From the NCBI GenBank assembly GCA_965205025.1, contig CBDBFU010000012.1:64001-128000 (forward strand): a stretch of DNA of 64,000 nt. Reading direction: 5' to 3'. The notes beneath the pieces are model-generated. The model saw nothing but the letters and a program-made list of their open reading frames with translations. It ran no database searches and had not been told where the DNA came from. The position numbers were made by a program, and so were the translations under genes. The DNA is from Candidatus Poribacteria bacterium. Lineage in GTDB: Bacteria > Poribacteria > WGA-4E > WGA-3G. Below, in pieces: positions 20,998 to 31,413 of this stretch (position 1 is its first letter; the number at the start of each line of letters is the position of its first letter).

Positions 20998-21948
20998 ATG
21001 GCAAATCAACCATTACCAACAATTCCAAGAAGAAGGTTAGGTAGAACTGAATTAAGCATACCAGTTGTTCCTTATGGAACTCAAGGATTCGGCAACAATT
21101 TTGGACCCGTAAGTGATGAAGAAGCAATTGACTTGATAAAACATTCGGTATCTATTGGTGTTAATCACTTCGATTGTGCTCGATGTTATGGCGATTCATT
21201 ACGAAAACTTGGATTAGCAATGAAAGAGATACCCCGTGAAGATGTTATCATTACTGCGCGTTTATGTTGTCATTCAGCTGCGGAATGGGGAGGATACGGA
21301 CAGGGAAAACCTGATTATTCTGCGGATCGAACAATCGCTGATCTGGAAAATCAACTTGAAATCCTTAATGTTGACTATCTTGATGGTATGTTAATCCATG
21401 ACCCCATCGAAATCGATCCTACACTTGAAAAAGGTGGCACACTTGAAGGTTTATTAAAATGTAAAGAGCGCGGACTCGTTAATTTCGTTGGTTATGGAAT
21501 GCGACAACACGATTACCATTTAAAAACTATAGCAACAGGGGATGTTGACCTACTCTTATGTTTTAATGACTATAATCTTGTAAGACAAACCGTCACTGAC
21601 ACAATCCTACCTGCTGCAGCCGAAGCAGATGTAGGTGTTATGAATGGTTGGTCAATTTTACGCGGGATCCTTACAGGTGTTGATATCGATGCAGAAATCG
21701 AACGCGGTCGCTGGAAAAAAGAAGGAGATGTCGCTGAAGCTTACCCAATTTGGCAGTGGTGTGTTGAGGAAGGAATAAGTCTATTACAACTTGCATTACA
21801 ATTCTGTCTCAAGGAAGGACGCATACATGGCAACAATATCGGAAGTTTAAATAAAGAACAATTAGAACAGAATGTTTGGGCTGCAAGTACTCCTTTACCA
21901 GATGAAGTATGGGAAAAATATGAAGAAAAGTTCGGTTCAATGAATTAG
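20998..21948 (+). CDS. Aldo/keto reductase
   Basis: RRLGRTEL, GVNHFDCARCYG, LIHDP, QLALQF. Confidence 0.9.
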   Translation: MANQPLPTIPRRRLGRTELSIPVVPYGTQGFGNNFGPVSDEEAIDLIKHSVSIGVNHFDCARCYGDSLRKLGLAMKEIPREDVIITARLCCHSAAEWGGYGQGKPDYSADRTIADLENQLEILNVDYLDGMLIHDPIEIDPTLEKGGTLEGLLKCKERGLVNFVGYGMRQHDYHLKTIATGDVDLLLCFNDYNLVRQTVTDTILPAAAEADVGVMNGWSILRGILTGVDIDAEIERGRWKKEGDVAEAYPIWQWCVEEGISLLQLALQFCLKEGRIHGNNIGSLNKEQLEQNVWAASTPLPDEVWEKYEEKFGSMN

Positions 21949-23007
21949 TTTTTCTATGATCTTATGAGTCACCTTGGGTAAAGGATAATCAGGTAATTCA
22001 TCAATTCTTATCCATTTTGCATCTATAGGTCCATTGAGTTGTAAATCACCCTGAATATAATCACATACAAAGGCATCCACAACTATTTTGAAATGGGTGT
22101 ATGCATGTTTTACCTGAGTGAGATAATTAAGGTTTGATACTGATATATTCGTAGACTCAGAAATATGCCTGATACATGCTGCCTCAGATGCTTCTCCTTT
22201 GTTTAGATTTCCATTAGGAAACTCCCAAAGACCTCCTAACAATCCATCTAATGGACGTCGAACAATTAGAATATCTGATCCTTTGTAGATAATACCAGCT
22301 GCTATGTTATGTTCAGGTGTCCGCTTAGTCTTTTGTCTATATGGATACTCACTCTGCAGTCCTTCCTTAAATGCTTTACAAAAGTCATTCACAGGACACA
22401 CAACACAAGTAGGGGATTGGGGACGGCACACTGTCGCCCCTAATTCCATCAATGCCTGATTGAAACATCCAGGTTCATCTCTATTTAAAAGTAAATCTGC
22501 CTTGTCTTGAAAAGCCTTGGTTGATGAAGATTCATTTACAGGATTATCCATTAAAAATAGTCTTGATAAGACACGCTTAATATTCCCATCAACAGCGGCA
22601 TACGGTAGATTAAATGCAATACTCAGAACTGCTGCTGCGCTATAATCACCAACCCCAGGTAAACTCCTAAAGGATGTATAATCCTTCGGAATCTCACTAT
22701 TAGAGTCCTTTACAATCAGTTGTGCTGCTTTATGTAGATTTCTTGCTCTTGCATAATATCCAAGACCTTCCCATACCTTCAGCACATCTTGGACAGAGGA
22801 TGATGCTAATGTTTGTATGTCAGGAAATTCTTTAATAAAGTTCTCGTAATACCCAATAACTTTCTTTACTTGTGTCTGTTGTAGCATTACCTCTGATACC
22901 CAAATCCTATAAGGATCGGTAATACCGCGCCACGGCATATCACGTTGGTATAGCCTGAACCAATTTATCAATTTACTATTTAGATCTTTGTATGATTGTA
23001 AAGGCAT
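21937..23007 (-). CDS. mutY: A/G-specific adenine glycosylase
   Basis: WVSEVMLQQTQV, WEGLGYYARARNL, HhH LPGVG, VDGN, 4Fe-4S CxxxxxxCxxCxxxxxC, C-terminal NUDIX-like domain. Confidence 0.97.
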   Translation of the reverse strand: MPLQSYKDLNSKLINWFRLYQRDMPWRGITDPYRIWVSEVMLQQTQVKKVIGYYENFIKEFPDIQTLASSSVQDVLKVWEGLGYYARARNLHKAAQLIVKDSNSEIPKDYTSFRSLPGVGDYSAAAVLSIAFNLPYAAVDGNIKRVLSRLFLMDNPVNESSSTKAFQDKADLLLNRDEPGCFNQALMELGATVCRPQSPTCVVCPVNDFCKAFKEGLQSEYPYRQKTKRTPEHNIAAGIIYKGSDILIVRRPLDGLLGGLWEFPNGNLNKGEASEAACIRHISESTNISVSNLNYLTQVKHAYTHFKIVVDAFVCDYIQGDLQLNGPIDAKWIRIDELPDYPLPKVTHKIIEKLIH

Positions 23008-23059
23008 TTATATCTCTCAGGAAGGTCAATATATAAAGCTTGTATTGTTAGAATATCAA

Positions 23060-23782
23060 TTACTCCAGATCAATAGCAATTCTGAAACCTACATTATGAA
23101 CAGTACGGATTGGTTCATAGGCAGCACGATTTGCACACCGTGCCGCAAACTTGCCACGCGGTAACCATGATCCACCCCGAATAACTTTCCTACGGCCTTC
23201 AACAGCACCCATAGGATTATCTGAAGGTGAATGTTTATAGGTCTCAGCATGAAACCAATCGCTACACCAATCATAAGCATTACCACCCATATCATAACAC
23301 CCGAAAGGACTAATCCCTTCAGGATAACTCCCAACAGGAGTTAACCGCTTCAGTTTGGATTCAGATGTATTTGCCTTGGTAGCATCCCATTCATTTCCCC
23401 ATGGATACTCCCTTCCATCTGTCCCACGCGCAGCTTTTTCCCATTCTGCTTCCGATGGTAATCTGTAACTCAATCCAGTAATGTTACTAATCCACTCGAA
23501 GAAATTGATTGTATCATACCAACTCACACCAACAACAGGATAGTCTGGAGCATTAAACCTTTCATTTTCCAAATATACAGGTTGTCTATATCCAGTAGCA
23601 TCTACAAACTGGCTATACTGTTCATTTGTTACATGAAAAATACCGATTGCATAGGCATCCAGAGTTACACTTCTTTGTGGTTCTTCAGGATCAGTTTTCC
23701 GGAGACCATCAGGATATGTACCCATCGTAAATGGTCCTGCAGAGATTTCTACTAATGTATATTTAAGTTCTTTTATAAGCAT
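23060..23782 (-). CDS. FGE-sulfatase (SUMF1) domain protein
   Basis: FTMG, PVVGVSW, RLPSEAEWEKAARG, DMGGN, RGGSW, VGFR. Confidence 0.92.
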   Translation of the reverse strand: MLIKELKYTLVEISAGPFTMGTYPDGLRKTDPEEPQRSVTLDAYAIGIFHVTNEQYSQFVDATGYRQPVYLENERFNAPDYPVVGVSWYDTINFFEWISNITGLSYRLPSEAEWEKAARGTDGREYPWGNEWDATKANTSESKLKRLTPVGSYPEGISPFGCYDMGGNAYDWCSDWFHAETYKHSPSDNPMGAVEGRRKVIRGGSWLPRGKFAARCANRAAYEPIRTVHNVGFRIAIDLE

Positions 23783-24020
23783 GAAGATTATTAACAAAGT
23801 TGATTTGGAATAGGTTTTAATTCAGTATATCACATCTATATGCATGTGGCAATTATCTGCATAGATAGACTTATATTGGGTTGAACAGTAAGATAAAATC
23901 TGATAATATAGACATTAATTTTAGAGGATTAGTTGAGATACAAAGAAAAATTGTAGATAACGAGAGTATTCTTTAAATCCTATCCATTTCTAACCCATAA
24001 ACCCATCTATGAGGTATACT

Positions 24021-24989
24021 ATGGCATCCCCGAAAGTATTTATTACCAGACCGATTCCAGATTCTATTCTCAATAAGATTCAAGCTGAATGTGATGTTGA
24101 CATGTGGCATACCAGTGCGATACTACCTCCTATCGCTGAGAGGATTCCACCCCTTGATGGATTATTCACTTACGGACATGAACTTGTTACTGCAGAAATG
24201 TTTGATACATCACCAAATCTAAAGGTCGTTTCTGTAATGGGGGTAGGGTATGACCATGTGGATGAGGATGCAGCAAGAGAACGTGGAATTGCACTCGGAC
24301 ATACACCGGGTGTACTTAGCGATACAACCGCAGATATGACGTGGGCACTCCTTCTCGCAACTGCACGAAATGTTGTTCCGGCATACAACCATGTTCATGT
24401 GAATAAAGGATGGAATTACTACGATCCGAACATATTATGGGGATATGATGTTCATCATTCAACAATAGGAATAGTTGGTATGGGTAGGATTGGTTATGCT
24501 GTAGCAAAACGTGCTCTTGGATTTGATATGAAAGTGCTCTATAACAAACGCGAACGTAGAACGGATTGGGAGGAAGAACTTGGTATAGAATATGTGGAAA
24601 TGGAAAAATTGTTGAAAGAATCAGATTTTGTGTCCCTTCATGTTCCTCTGACTGATGAAACGACACACATGATTGGAAAAGCGGAATTTGAACTGATGAA
24701 GCAGACAGCGATTCTCATAAATATCGCCAGAGGTCCTGTTGTGGATCATGATGCCTTGTATCACGCATTAACAGAGGGACAGATAGCAGGGGCTGCAGTA
24801 GATGTAACCGAACCCGAACCGATTAATACTGACCATCCACTTCTTGATTTAGAGAACTTTCTCATTGCTCCACATCTTGGTAGTGCTACTATTCAAACCC
24901 GTATGAAAATGGCAACAATGGCGATGGATAATCTGTTTGCTGGACTAAAAGGAGAACGGTTACCCTATGGTGTTGTCCAACCAGTGTAA
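24021..24989 (+). CDS. D-glycerate dehydrogenase / glyoxylate reductase
   Basis: GVGYD, TPGVL, GIVGMGRIG, INIARG, DVTEPEP, PHLGSAT. Confidence 0.92.
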   Translation: MASPKVFITRPIPDSILNKIQAECDVDMWHTSAILPPIAERIPPLDGLFTYGHELVTAEMFDTSPNLKVVSVMGVGYDHVDEDAARERGIALGHTPGVLSDTTADMTWALLLATARNVVPAYNHVHVNKGWNYYDPNILWGYDVHHSTIGIVGMGRIGYAVAKRALGFDMKVLYNKRERRTDWEEELGIEYVEMEKLLKESDFVSLHVPLTDETTHMIGKAEFELMKQTAILINIARGPVVDHDALYHALTEGQIAGAAVDVTEPEPINTDHPLLDLENFLIAPHLGSATIQTRMKMATMAMDNLFAGLKGERLPYGVVQPV

Positions 24990-25071
24990 ATCAGTTAACT
25001 AACATGATAAACATTAGGTATATTATGAATAAAGTTACACAGAAATAATACAATTCAATTCAAGGTATAAT

Positions 25072-26694
25072 ATGAAATCTACTACAAATTTATCACCTGA
25101 ATTACAAAAAGCCAAGTTAGAAATAGATAATACCTATAAGTCTAACCAATTACTCAATCTGTCATTTACACAGGCAATCTCTACCTATTTATCGTTTGAT
25201 CAGGAATACTGGTATGATATGTTAGGTGAAATTAGTATTAATGAACTAACAAGATATGAAAAAATGTTAATGAATAGACTATTACACCCTATATCTTGGT
25301 TATATGATGGTTGTGATCATAATAACATTAAACCGGCAACACCCGATGAAAATCAAAGCATAGCCTCAAAGGAATTATTTGAATTAGGCATGAATTATAG
25401 TAAGTTTCATCAGGCATTTATTCTTACAAATTATGGTATCCTGGATCTTGAAATTAAAGGTTCAATGATACATTATTCTGAAGATTATCAAAGACAGATA
25501 GAATACAAGATATATAACTTGTTGATTGCATCACATAAACCAGATATTGAGCCTGATGAATATATAGATGAAACAGAAGATCCAATGCATGAGATTTATG
25601 ATATTGTAAAGGTGAAAAAGAATAGAGTTATATATCCAATAAACCCTAAGTTAGTATCTGATATATCAGAATATTTTAAACCATTTTATAATCTCTTATT
25701 TATTTTATCTAAAGACTTGGAATTTATTGGCTATTCCATGAATGAATTACGCTTAGTAATTGAGGGATTGTTTTCATTAACATATATTCACAAAACCGCA
25801 TGTGATATTGCTTATGATTCAGATATAGATTACGAATATTACTATCACGACACCTACATGCCTTCTTGTACGGAACTAATCAACCGTATAGTCAGATATA
25901 CAGGAGTGACAAGAGATAAAGTACAGCAGATTCTTGATGATTTAACGTATAGGAATTCAAATCATAGAAATTCCAATCTTTGTTTACACCCCATAATTAA
26001 ATTGAACACAAAATACTATGCATTTTCATCTGTAATATGGAATCATATTCAAACAGAATGGAGTATGAATGCACTGTTATGTAAATTACCATCAGAGACT
26101 GATATTTTTGAAGAATTTTCTCAAGTAAAACATACTACTCTTATTGAGAAAATAAATTCAACACTACTCAGGAAAAATACTGAGATCTTATGTATATCTG
26201 ATGAAGGTATACCAAAAGACTATATTCTTATTGTACATCATAGTGAAAAAGTATGTCTAATTATAGATCTTAAATGGAATATACAACCATATAACATCTA
26301 TACTTGTATTGAAAGATCTCAAGAGATTATAATTGCATCTTCTCAGATGCTAAAATATAAGCAAGAAATAACTGAAAACCAAACCGATTTACTCCAAAAA
26401 TATAATATTGATGCTAATTATCGATTTGAAGGTGTGATTGCCCCTGAAAATTGGATCGGTTTTGGCAATATCCATACACCAGAAATACCTATAATCCAAG
26501 TTTATCACCTTATAGATAAATTGGAAGCGATGGAAAGTCTGAATGCTACAATGGATTGGTTGTTAGATCGAGAATACATGCCAAAGATTGGTGAAGATTT
26601 TTCTATTTTAGATGAGATCACAACTATAGGAAGTTGGTCTCTTCAAACGTATGGAATTAAGAAACATATTGAGGGTAGATTTTATCCGTTATAG
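25072..26694 (+). CDS. Hypothetical protein with possible degenerate C-terminal PD-(D/E)XK domain
   Basis: 540-aa, very AT-rich ORF; D...EKVCLIIDLKW resembles a (D/E)xK nuclease motif. Confidence 0.6.
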   Translation: MKSTTNLSPELQKAKLEIDNTYKSNQLLNLSFTQAISTYLSFDQEYWYDMLGEISINELTRYEKMLMNRLLHPISWLYDGCDHNNIKPATPDENQSIASKELFELGMNYSKFHQAFILTNYGILDLEIKGSMIHYSEDYQRQIEYKIYNLLIASHKPDIEPDEYIDETEDPMHEIYDIVKVKKNRVIYPINPKLVSDISEYFKPFYNLLFILSKDLEFIGYSMNELRLVIEGLFSLTYIHKTACDIAYDSDIDYEYYYHDTYMPSCTELINRIVRYTGVTRDKVQQILDDLTYRNSNHRNSNLCLHPIIKLNTKYYAFSSVIWNHIQTEWSMNALLCKLPSETDIFEEFSQVKHTTLIEKINSTLLRKNTEILCISDEGIPKDYILIVHHSEKVCLIIDLKWNIQPYNIYTCIERSQEIIIASSQMLKYKQEITENQTDLLQKYNIDANYRFEGVIAPENWIGFGNIHTPEIPIIQVYHLIDKLEAMESLNATMDWLLDREYMPKIGEDFSILDEITTIGSWSLQTYGIKKHIEGRFYPL

Positions 26695-26789
26695 AAACGG
26701 ATTATAATAGTAATAGGACTTAAGTACAACTGTATGAAAATGATCAACAAGTGTAATGGATTATAAATGTCAAAGACAGAAGGTGTAAA

Positions 26790-29343
26790 ATGAAAAAAGA
26801 TAAGGACAAAGGAATATCGAAGATAGCGGTAAAAGGATTTAAGTCAATAGCAAATGAATGTGAGATAGATATTCGTCAATTGACAATTCTTGCAGGTGCG
26901 AACAGTTCCGGTAAATCAAGTATCATGCAACCTCTGCTTATGATGAAGCAGACATTGGAAGCCCCTTACGATCCAGGTCCATTATTGATTGATGGATCAA
27001 ACGTGCAGTTTACATTGGCAGACCAATTCCTATCTACATTTGTGGATAAGGAGAGCAATTCCAGTTTTTATATAAAGATTGAAACCGGTGATACTGATAC
27101 CTCTTCATTATCTGTAAAGACCATTTTTCGTAAAGGCAAAGATGGAATTGAGATTGAAAAAGTTGGAATTCATAGAATAAATAAGGGAGATTCATCAGAA
27201 TATCGTATCACACTTCAACCTGATATGACATCAGAAGAAGTCAGACAACTTTCTTTTCAAGAACCACTTCTTAACAAATTAATACAAGGTCTAGTGGATA
27301 GTCCAGTCTAAATTTTCAGGTGTTTTCTTTTGGTTTATAGGAGACTTGACATAAAAATGTGTACCTTTTAGATTATAGTAAACTATCTTAGAGGACACTC
27401 ATATGAACAAACATGTTGTAAAACTGAATGATATTCAGCGTCAGGAGTTGGAAGACTGTATTAATAAAGGTAAATCAGAAGCATATAGGATAAAGCACGC
27501 CAATATTTTACTAAAAGCGGATGTCAACGGTCCTGGCAAGACCGATGCAGAGATCGCTGATGCCTACAACTGCCATACACGCACGGTAGCTAATGTTCGA
27601 AAGCGTTTTGCCACAGAAGGTTTTGCTCGTGCCTTTGGTCGCGCACAACGAGAGGTTCCTCCCACGCCTCGTAAACTTGATGGAGAAGCTGAAGCCCGGT
27701 TGATAGCTTTGAGTTGTGGTGATCCACCAGAAGGTGCTGGCAGATGGACGCTGCGTTTACTTGCGTCAGAACTGGTGAGACTTGAGATTGTAGAGAGTAT
27801 TTCTCCTGAAACAGTGCGTCAGACATTAAAAAAAATGTCTTGAAACCCCATCTTCGTGAACAATGGGTGATTCCACCTGAAGAAGATGCTGCTTTTGTGA
27901 ATGCGATGGAGAATGTACTTGATCTTTATCAGAAACCTTTAGATACGGATGTTCCTGTTGTAAACATGGATGAGCAATCTGTAACTCTGAGGGATCACAT
28001 TCGTGCTCCGCAACCTGCTAAACCGGGTCAAGTAGAACGGGTGGATTCTGAATACAGACGCAATGGCACAGCATCAGTTTTTCTTTTCACAGAGGCCCTT
28101 TCAGGATTTCGGTATGTGTCTGTTCGGAAGCGTCGTAAAATCGAAGATTGGGCACGAGAGATAAAAGTGTTATTGGATAATAAGTATCCGAATGTCAAGC
28201 GTGTAATTTTAGTATGTGATAACCTGAACACACATAAACTTTCGTCATTATATAAAGTGTTTGATAAAGAGGAGGCAGATAGGTTGTGTGCTCGTTTAGA
28301 AATCGTGTATACCCCCAAGCATGGGAGTTGGTTGAATATAGCGGAAATAGAACTAAGTGTCCTGACACGACAATGTTTGTGCCGTCGTATTCCTAACATA
28401 GAAGTTCTCCGAAGAGAAATCAAAGCGTGGCAAGAGCGACGAAATATGGATCAAAAACAGGTGAATTGGCATTTTACAACGGAGGATGCGCGCATCCGTT
28501 TAAAACATCTATACCCACAATATTAGGATGGACTGTCCACTAGATGTAATAGAACGTTTAGGATGCTTCCTAATATTAGAATCTAAGGATGGGACTAAGA
28601 GATTAGATTTGAATTCTCAACTTGCATTCAATATAGCTAACATAATTCATCTTCCTGGTTTGCGGGGTAATCCGGAACGTACTTATAAACTTACAAGTAC
28701 AGGACCGTTGTTCCCTGGAAGATTTGAGAATTATACAGCTAGTCTTGTGCATGAATGGGAAAAAACGGAAGACAAACTACTTAAAAAACTATCGGCTGCA
28801 CTATACAAACTAAAAATAACAGGAGCTGTCAGTACTAAGAAGATTGGCGATGCGCGCATTGAATTACAGGTAGATCGAATTCCACGTTTAAAGAATCACA
28901 ATCCTGAAATGGTAAGTATAGCAGATGTTGGTTTAGGGGTATCTCAGGTTTTACCTGTATTAGTTGCTCTAATTACTGCAAGACCTGGACAATTAGTATA
29001 TATTGAACAACCTGAATTACACCTACATCCCAATGCACAAGTCGCATTAGCACAAGTCTTAGGAGATGCAGCAAAAAGAGGTGTCCATGTTGTTGCTGAA
29101 ACACATAGTTCTATGCTGTTATTAGGAGTTCAAAATCTCGTTGCAGAAGGTAAACTCTCTCCAGATATAGTTAAATTACACTGGTTTTCACGGAATAAAG
29201 AAGGAATTACAAAAGTAAGTAGTAGAAATTTAGACAAGACAGGAGCTTATGGAAAATGGCCAGTAGATTTCGATAAAGTCAGTCTTCGTGAACAAAGTCG
29301 GTATATTAAAGCTTCTCAATCACTTCTTATGGATCAAACATAA
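26790..29343 (+). pseudogene. ABC/AAA_15-type ATPase (DUF3696-like C-terminus) interrupted by IS630
   Basis: N-half has Walker A GANSSGKSS; C-half has signature DVGLGVSQ, Walker B/D-loop YIEQPELHLHP and ETHS. Removing the IS and one TA restores IQGL|DVIER in frame (434 aa). Confidence 0.9.
27294..28540 (+). mobile_element. IS630-family insertion sequence
   Basis: IRs GTGGATAGTCCAGTCTAA and (rc) GTGGACAGTCCATCCTAA; TA duplication within a CTAG target. Transposase 27403-28526 is split at an A-run (TTA AAA AAA A), with MDE, DNLNTH and SWLNIAEIEL motifs. Confidence 0.95.
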
Positions 29344-29344
29344 T

Positions 29345-29890
29345 ATGAGATCAAAGAAAAAACTGCTGGTGATTGATGCCGACGTTGCACGTGCTGCTGG
29401 GGGTGAGGAGGCAACTGCTATTGTTTCAGTCAATTGTACACATTTTCTACAAACCTTTCAGAATGATACAACGCATCATATAGTAATGACTACCAAGTTA
29501 TCCAAGGAATGGGAAAAACATCAGTCAAATTATACAACTGCATGGTTGGCTAATATGATTGCTACTAAGAGATTCCATTTAATAAAAATATCAGATAACC
29601 AACTTCTTTAGAATAAAATATGTGTATTATCAAATCCAGAGTCAGAAATTAATGAAATGTTAAAGGATATCCATTTGTTAGAAACTGCATTAATTACTGA
29701 TAAAACAATCATTTCACTTGACGAAACAGTTCGAAAAATATTTGCAAAAGCATCCGATCAGGTTGGTGAAATTAGATCTATAATCTGGGTTAATCCAGAG
29801 AAGACAGATACAGAAGACCCCATCGAATGGTTAAAGACCGGAGCACCATCTGAGACACAGCGTCAACTATCGGAATACCATAAAGGATAA
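29345..29890 (+). pseudogene. PIN-like nuclease partner gene with in-frame TAG at 29609-29611
   Basis: LLVIDADVA...then after TAG, in the same frame, KDIHLLETAL...IISLDE (PIN acidic residues). ATG lies 1 nt after the ATPase stop. Confidence 0.7.
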
Positions 29891-30763
29891 TTATCCCCGC
29901 CATTCCATATTAATGCTTGTATATCCTTGTGTATACTTATGTAAATGAGGTGGTAAATCTGATAAGAATTGCTTCCCCACATCTGGTATTTCCCATGGAA
30001 TGTCAATATGATGTGATTGATCCCGAAAGCCAATCGCACATGATAAGCGAATTTCATTCAATTGATTTGGAAATGCACCATGATAGGTACGGTGTGCAAA
30101 CACAATCATATCACCACCATTGGTAAAAAGGGGTACACACCCCGGAACATCAAAATCTGTATATGCTTTCTCTTCCCCACCGATTTTATAAAATGATCTT
30201 TTATCCGCTGAAAGGTTAAATCCTTCAGGTCCCTCCCAAGTCTCAACATGAGAATCCTCAATCACACAGAGACCACCATGTTCTGGTCTTGAACCTGTTA
30301 GATAAAACCATTTACCTGAAGGCCACATCCCACGATTAAGTACTTCACCTGTATTTCTTGGTGTTCCTGTTGAAAACCCACACCAATCGGTATGCCATGA
30401 AACTGGATGCGATCCAGGCATACGGATAATAGCTGCCGAACGATGTACTGTCAATTCATCAGATCCAATCAGATACCGATGAATATCCATAAACCTTTCA
30501 TCTTCGAGAAGTTGCCAAGCACCTTCACCAGACTCAATCCAGGCGTGTCTTGTACTGCTTTGTGTCTGTTCTAATTTTCTCTCCGGATCTGCACCCACAA
30601 ATACAGCTTCCTTCAAACTCTCCACTATTTCAGAAGACAATACATCTTTAATAATCGCGAATCCGTGTGCTTCTAAACATTCAGACATAGCATCGAGTTC
30701 ATTGACTTGAAACTCATACTTGTATCCAAGATCTGGCTTCTGAATCTCTAAATACTCTCTCAT
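29891..30763 (-). CDS. PhyH-family dioxygenase
   Basis: HGFAIIKDVL, WHTD, LCVIEDSH, TYHG. Confidence 0.85.
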   Translation of the reverse strand: MREYLEIQKPDLGYKYEFQVNELDAMSECLEAHGFAIIKDVLSSEIVESLKEAVFVGADPERKLEQTQSSTRHAWIESGEGAWQLLEDERFMDIHRYLIGSDELTVHRSAAIIRMPGSHPVSWHTDWCGFSTGTPRNTGEVLNRGMWPSGKWFYLTGSRPEHGGLCVIEDSHVETWEGPEGFNLSADKRSFYKIGGEEKAYTDFDVPGCVPLFTNGGDMIVFAHRTYHGAFPNQLNEIRLSCAIGFRDQSHHIDIPWEIPDVGKQFLSDLPPHLHKYTQGYTSINMEWRG

Positions 30764-30894
30764 AGTAAATCCCCACAATAGTATTGAAAGTATTCTAATA
30801 TAGGAGATTTACCATGTCAATGGATTTTCATGTTTGTGTAAATAATTCTTTACATTCATTGTTTCTTGAATAAACAAAATGTGATTTGATGTAA

Positions 30895-30995
30895 TACCTT
30901 TTCTGATAATTAAGGTCTCTTAAACGTAGCATAAACTTTCAGTTTGTGCAGTATTTCAAGTCCCGCATAACAACTAAACATCTATAGAAATGGTA
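30895..30995. mobile_element. MITE-like wrapper type C
   Basis: taccttttctgataa...agaaatggta with internal gtagcataaactttcagtttgtgc. Confidence 0.75.
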
Positions 30996-31057
30996 TCAGA
31001 TGAAAACCAAAATGCATCCCGTACACACTTTAGTTATATAAATATTAATATATGTGA

Positions 31058-31140
31058 TTCACGGAGAATTGGGGTTATTAAATCCATAAACCCTTATAGA
31101 ATAAGGGTTCGTAAAATTTCTCCGTGAAGGTTTCCGTGAA
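31058..31140. other. Nested inverted-repeat site
   Basis: ttcacggagaa...aacccttat-aga-ataagggtt...ttctccgtgaa, plus an extra ttccgtgaa. Confidence 0.6.
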
Positions 31141-31413
31141 AGTGAAATCATCTCAGAACGATAAATATTAACACTCTTTTCATTCTAATTAACCATACAT
31201 CAAACATAAATAGGTATTTAATTAACCTCATAAGATGTGAATACAAATAACTAAATTATCCTGATTTGAGTTGTATATTCTTGAAGTTATATATTAGATT
31301 TGTTAGAATACATCATTAATGTAACTTCAACATAGATTGATTGATGAAACACGATAAAATATATAAATTACATTCTTGAAGTATTACAAACCATCCCATT
31401 ACGGAGGAAACTA

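Noticed and set aside
29609-29611. In-frame TAG as pyrrolysine or stop-codon recoding
   Set aside because: TAG is a normal stop in many genes here (glnS, the IS630 transposase, the TPR gene), there are no pyl genes, and the partner gene is already disrupted.
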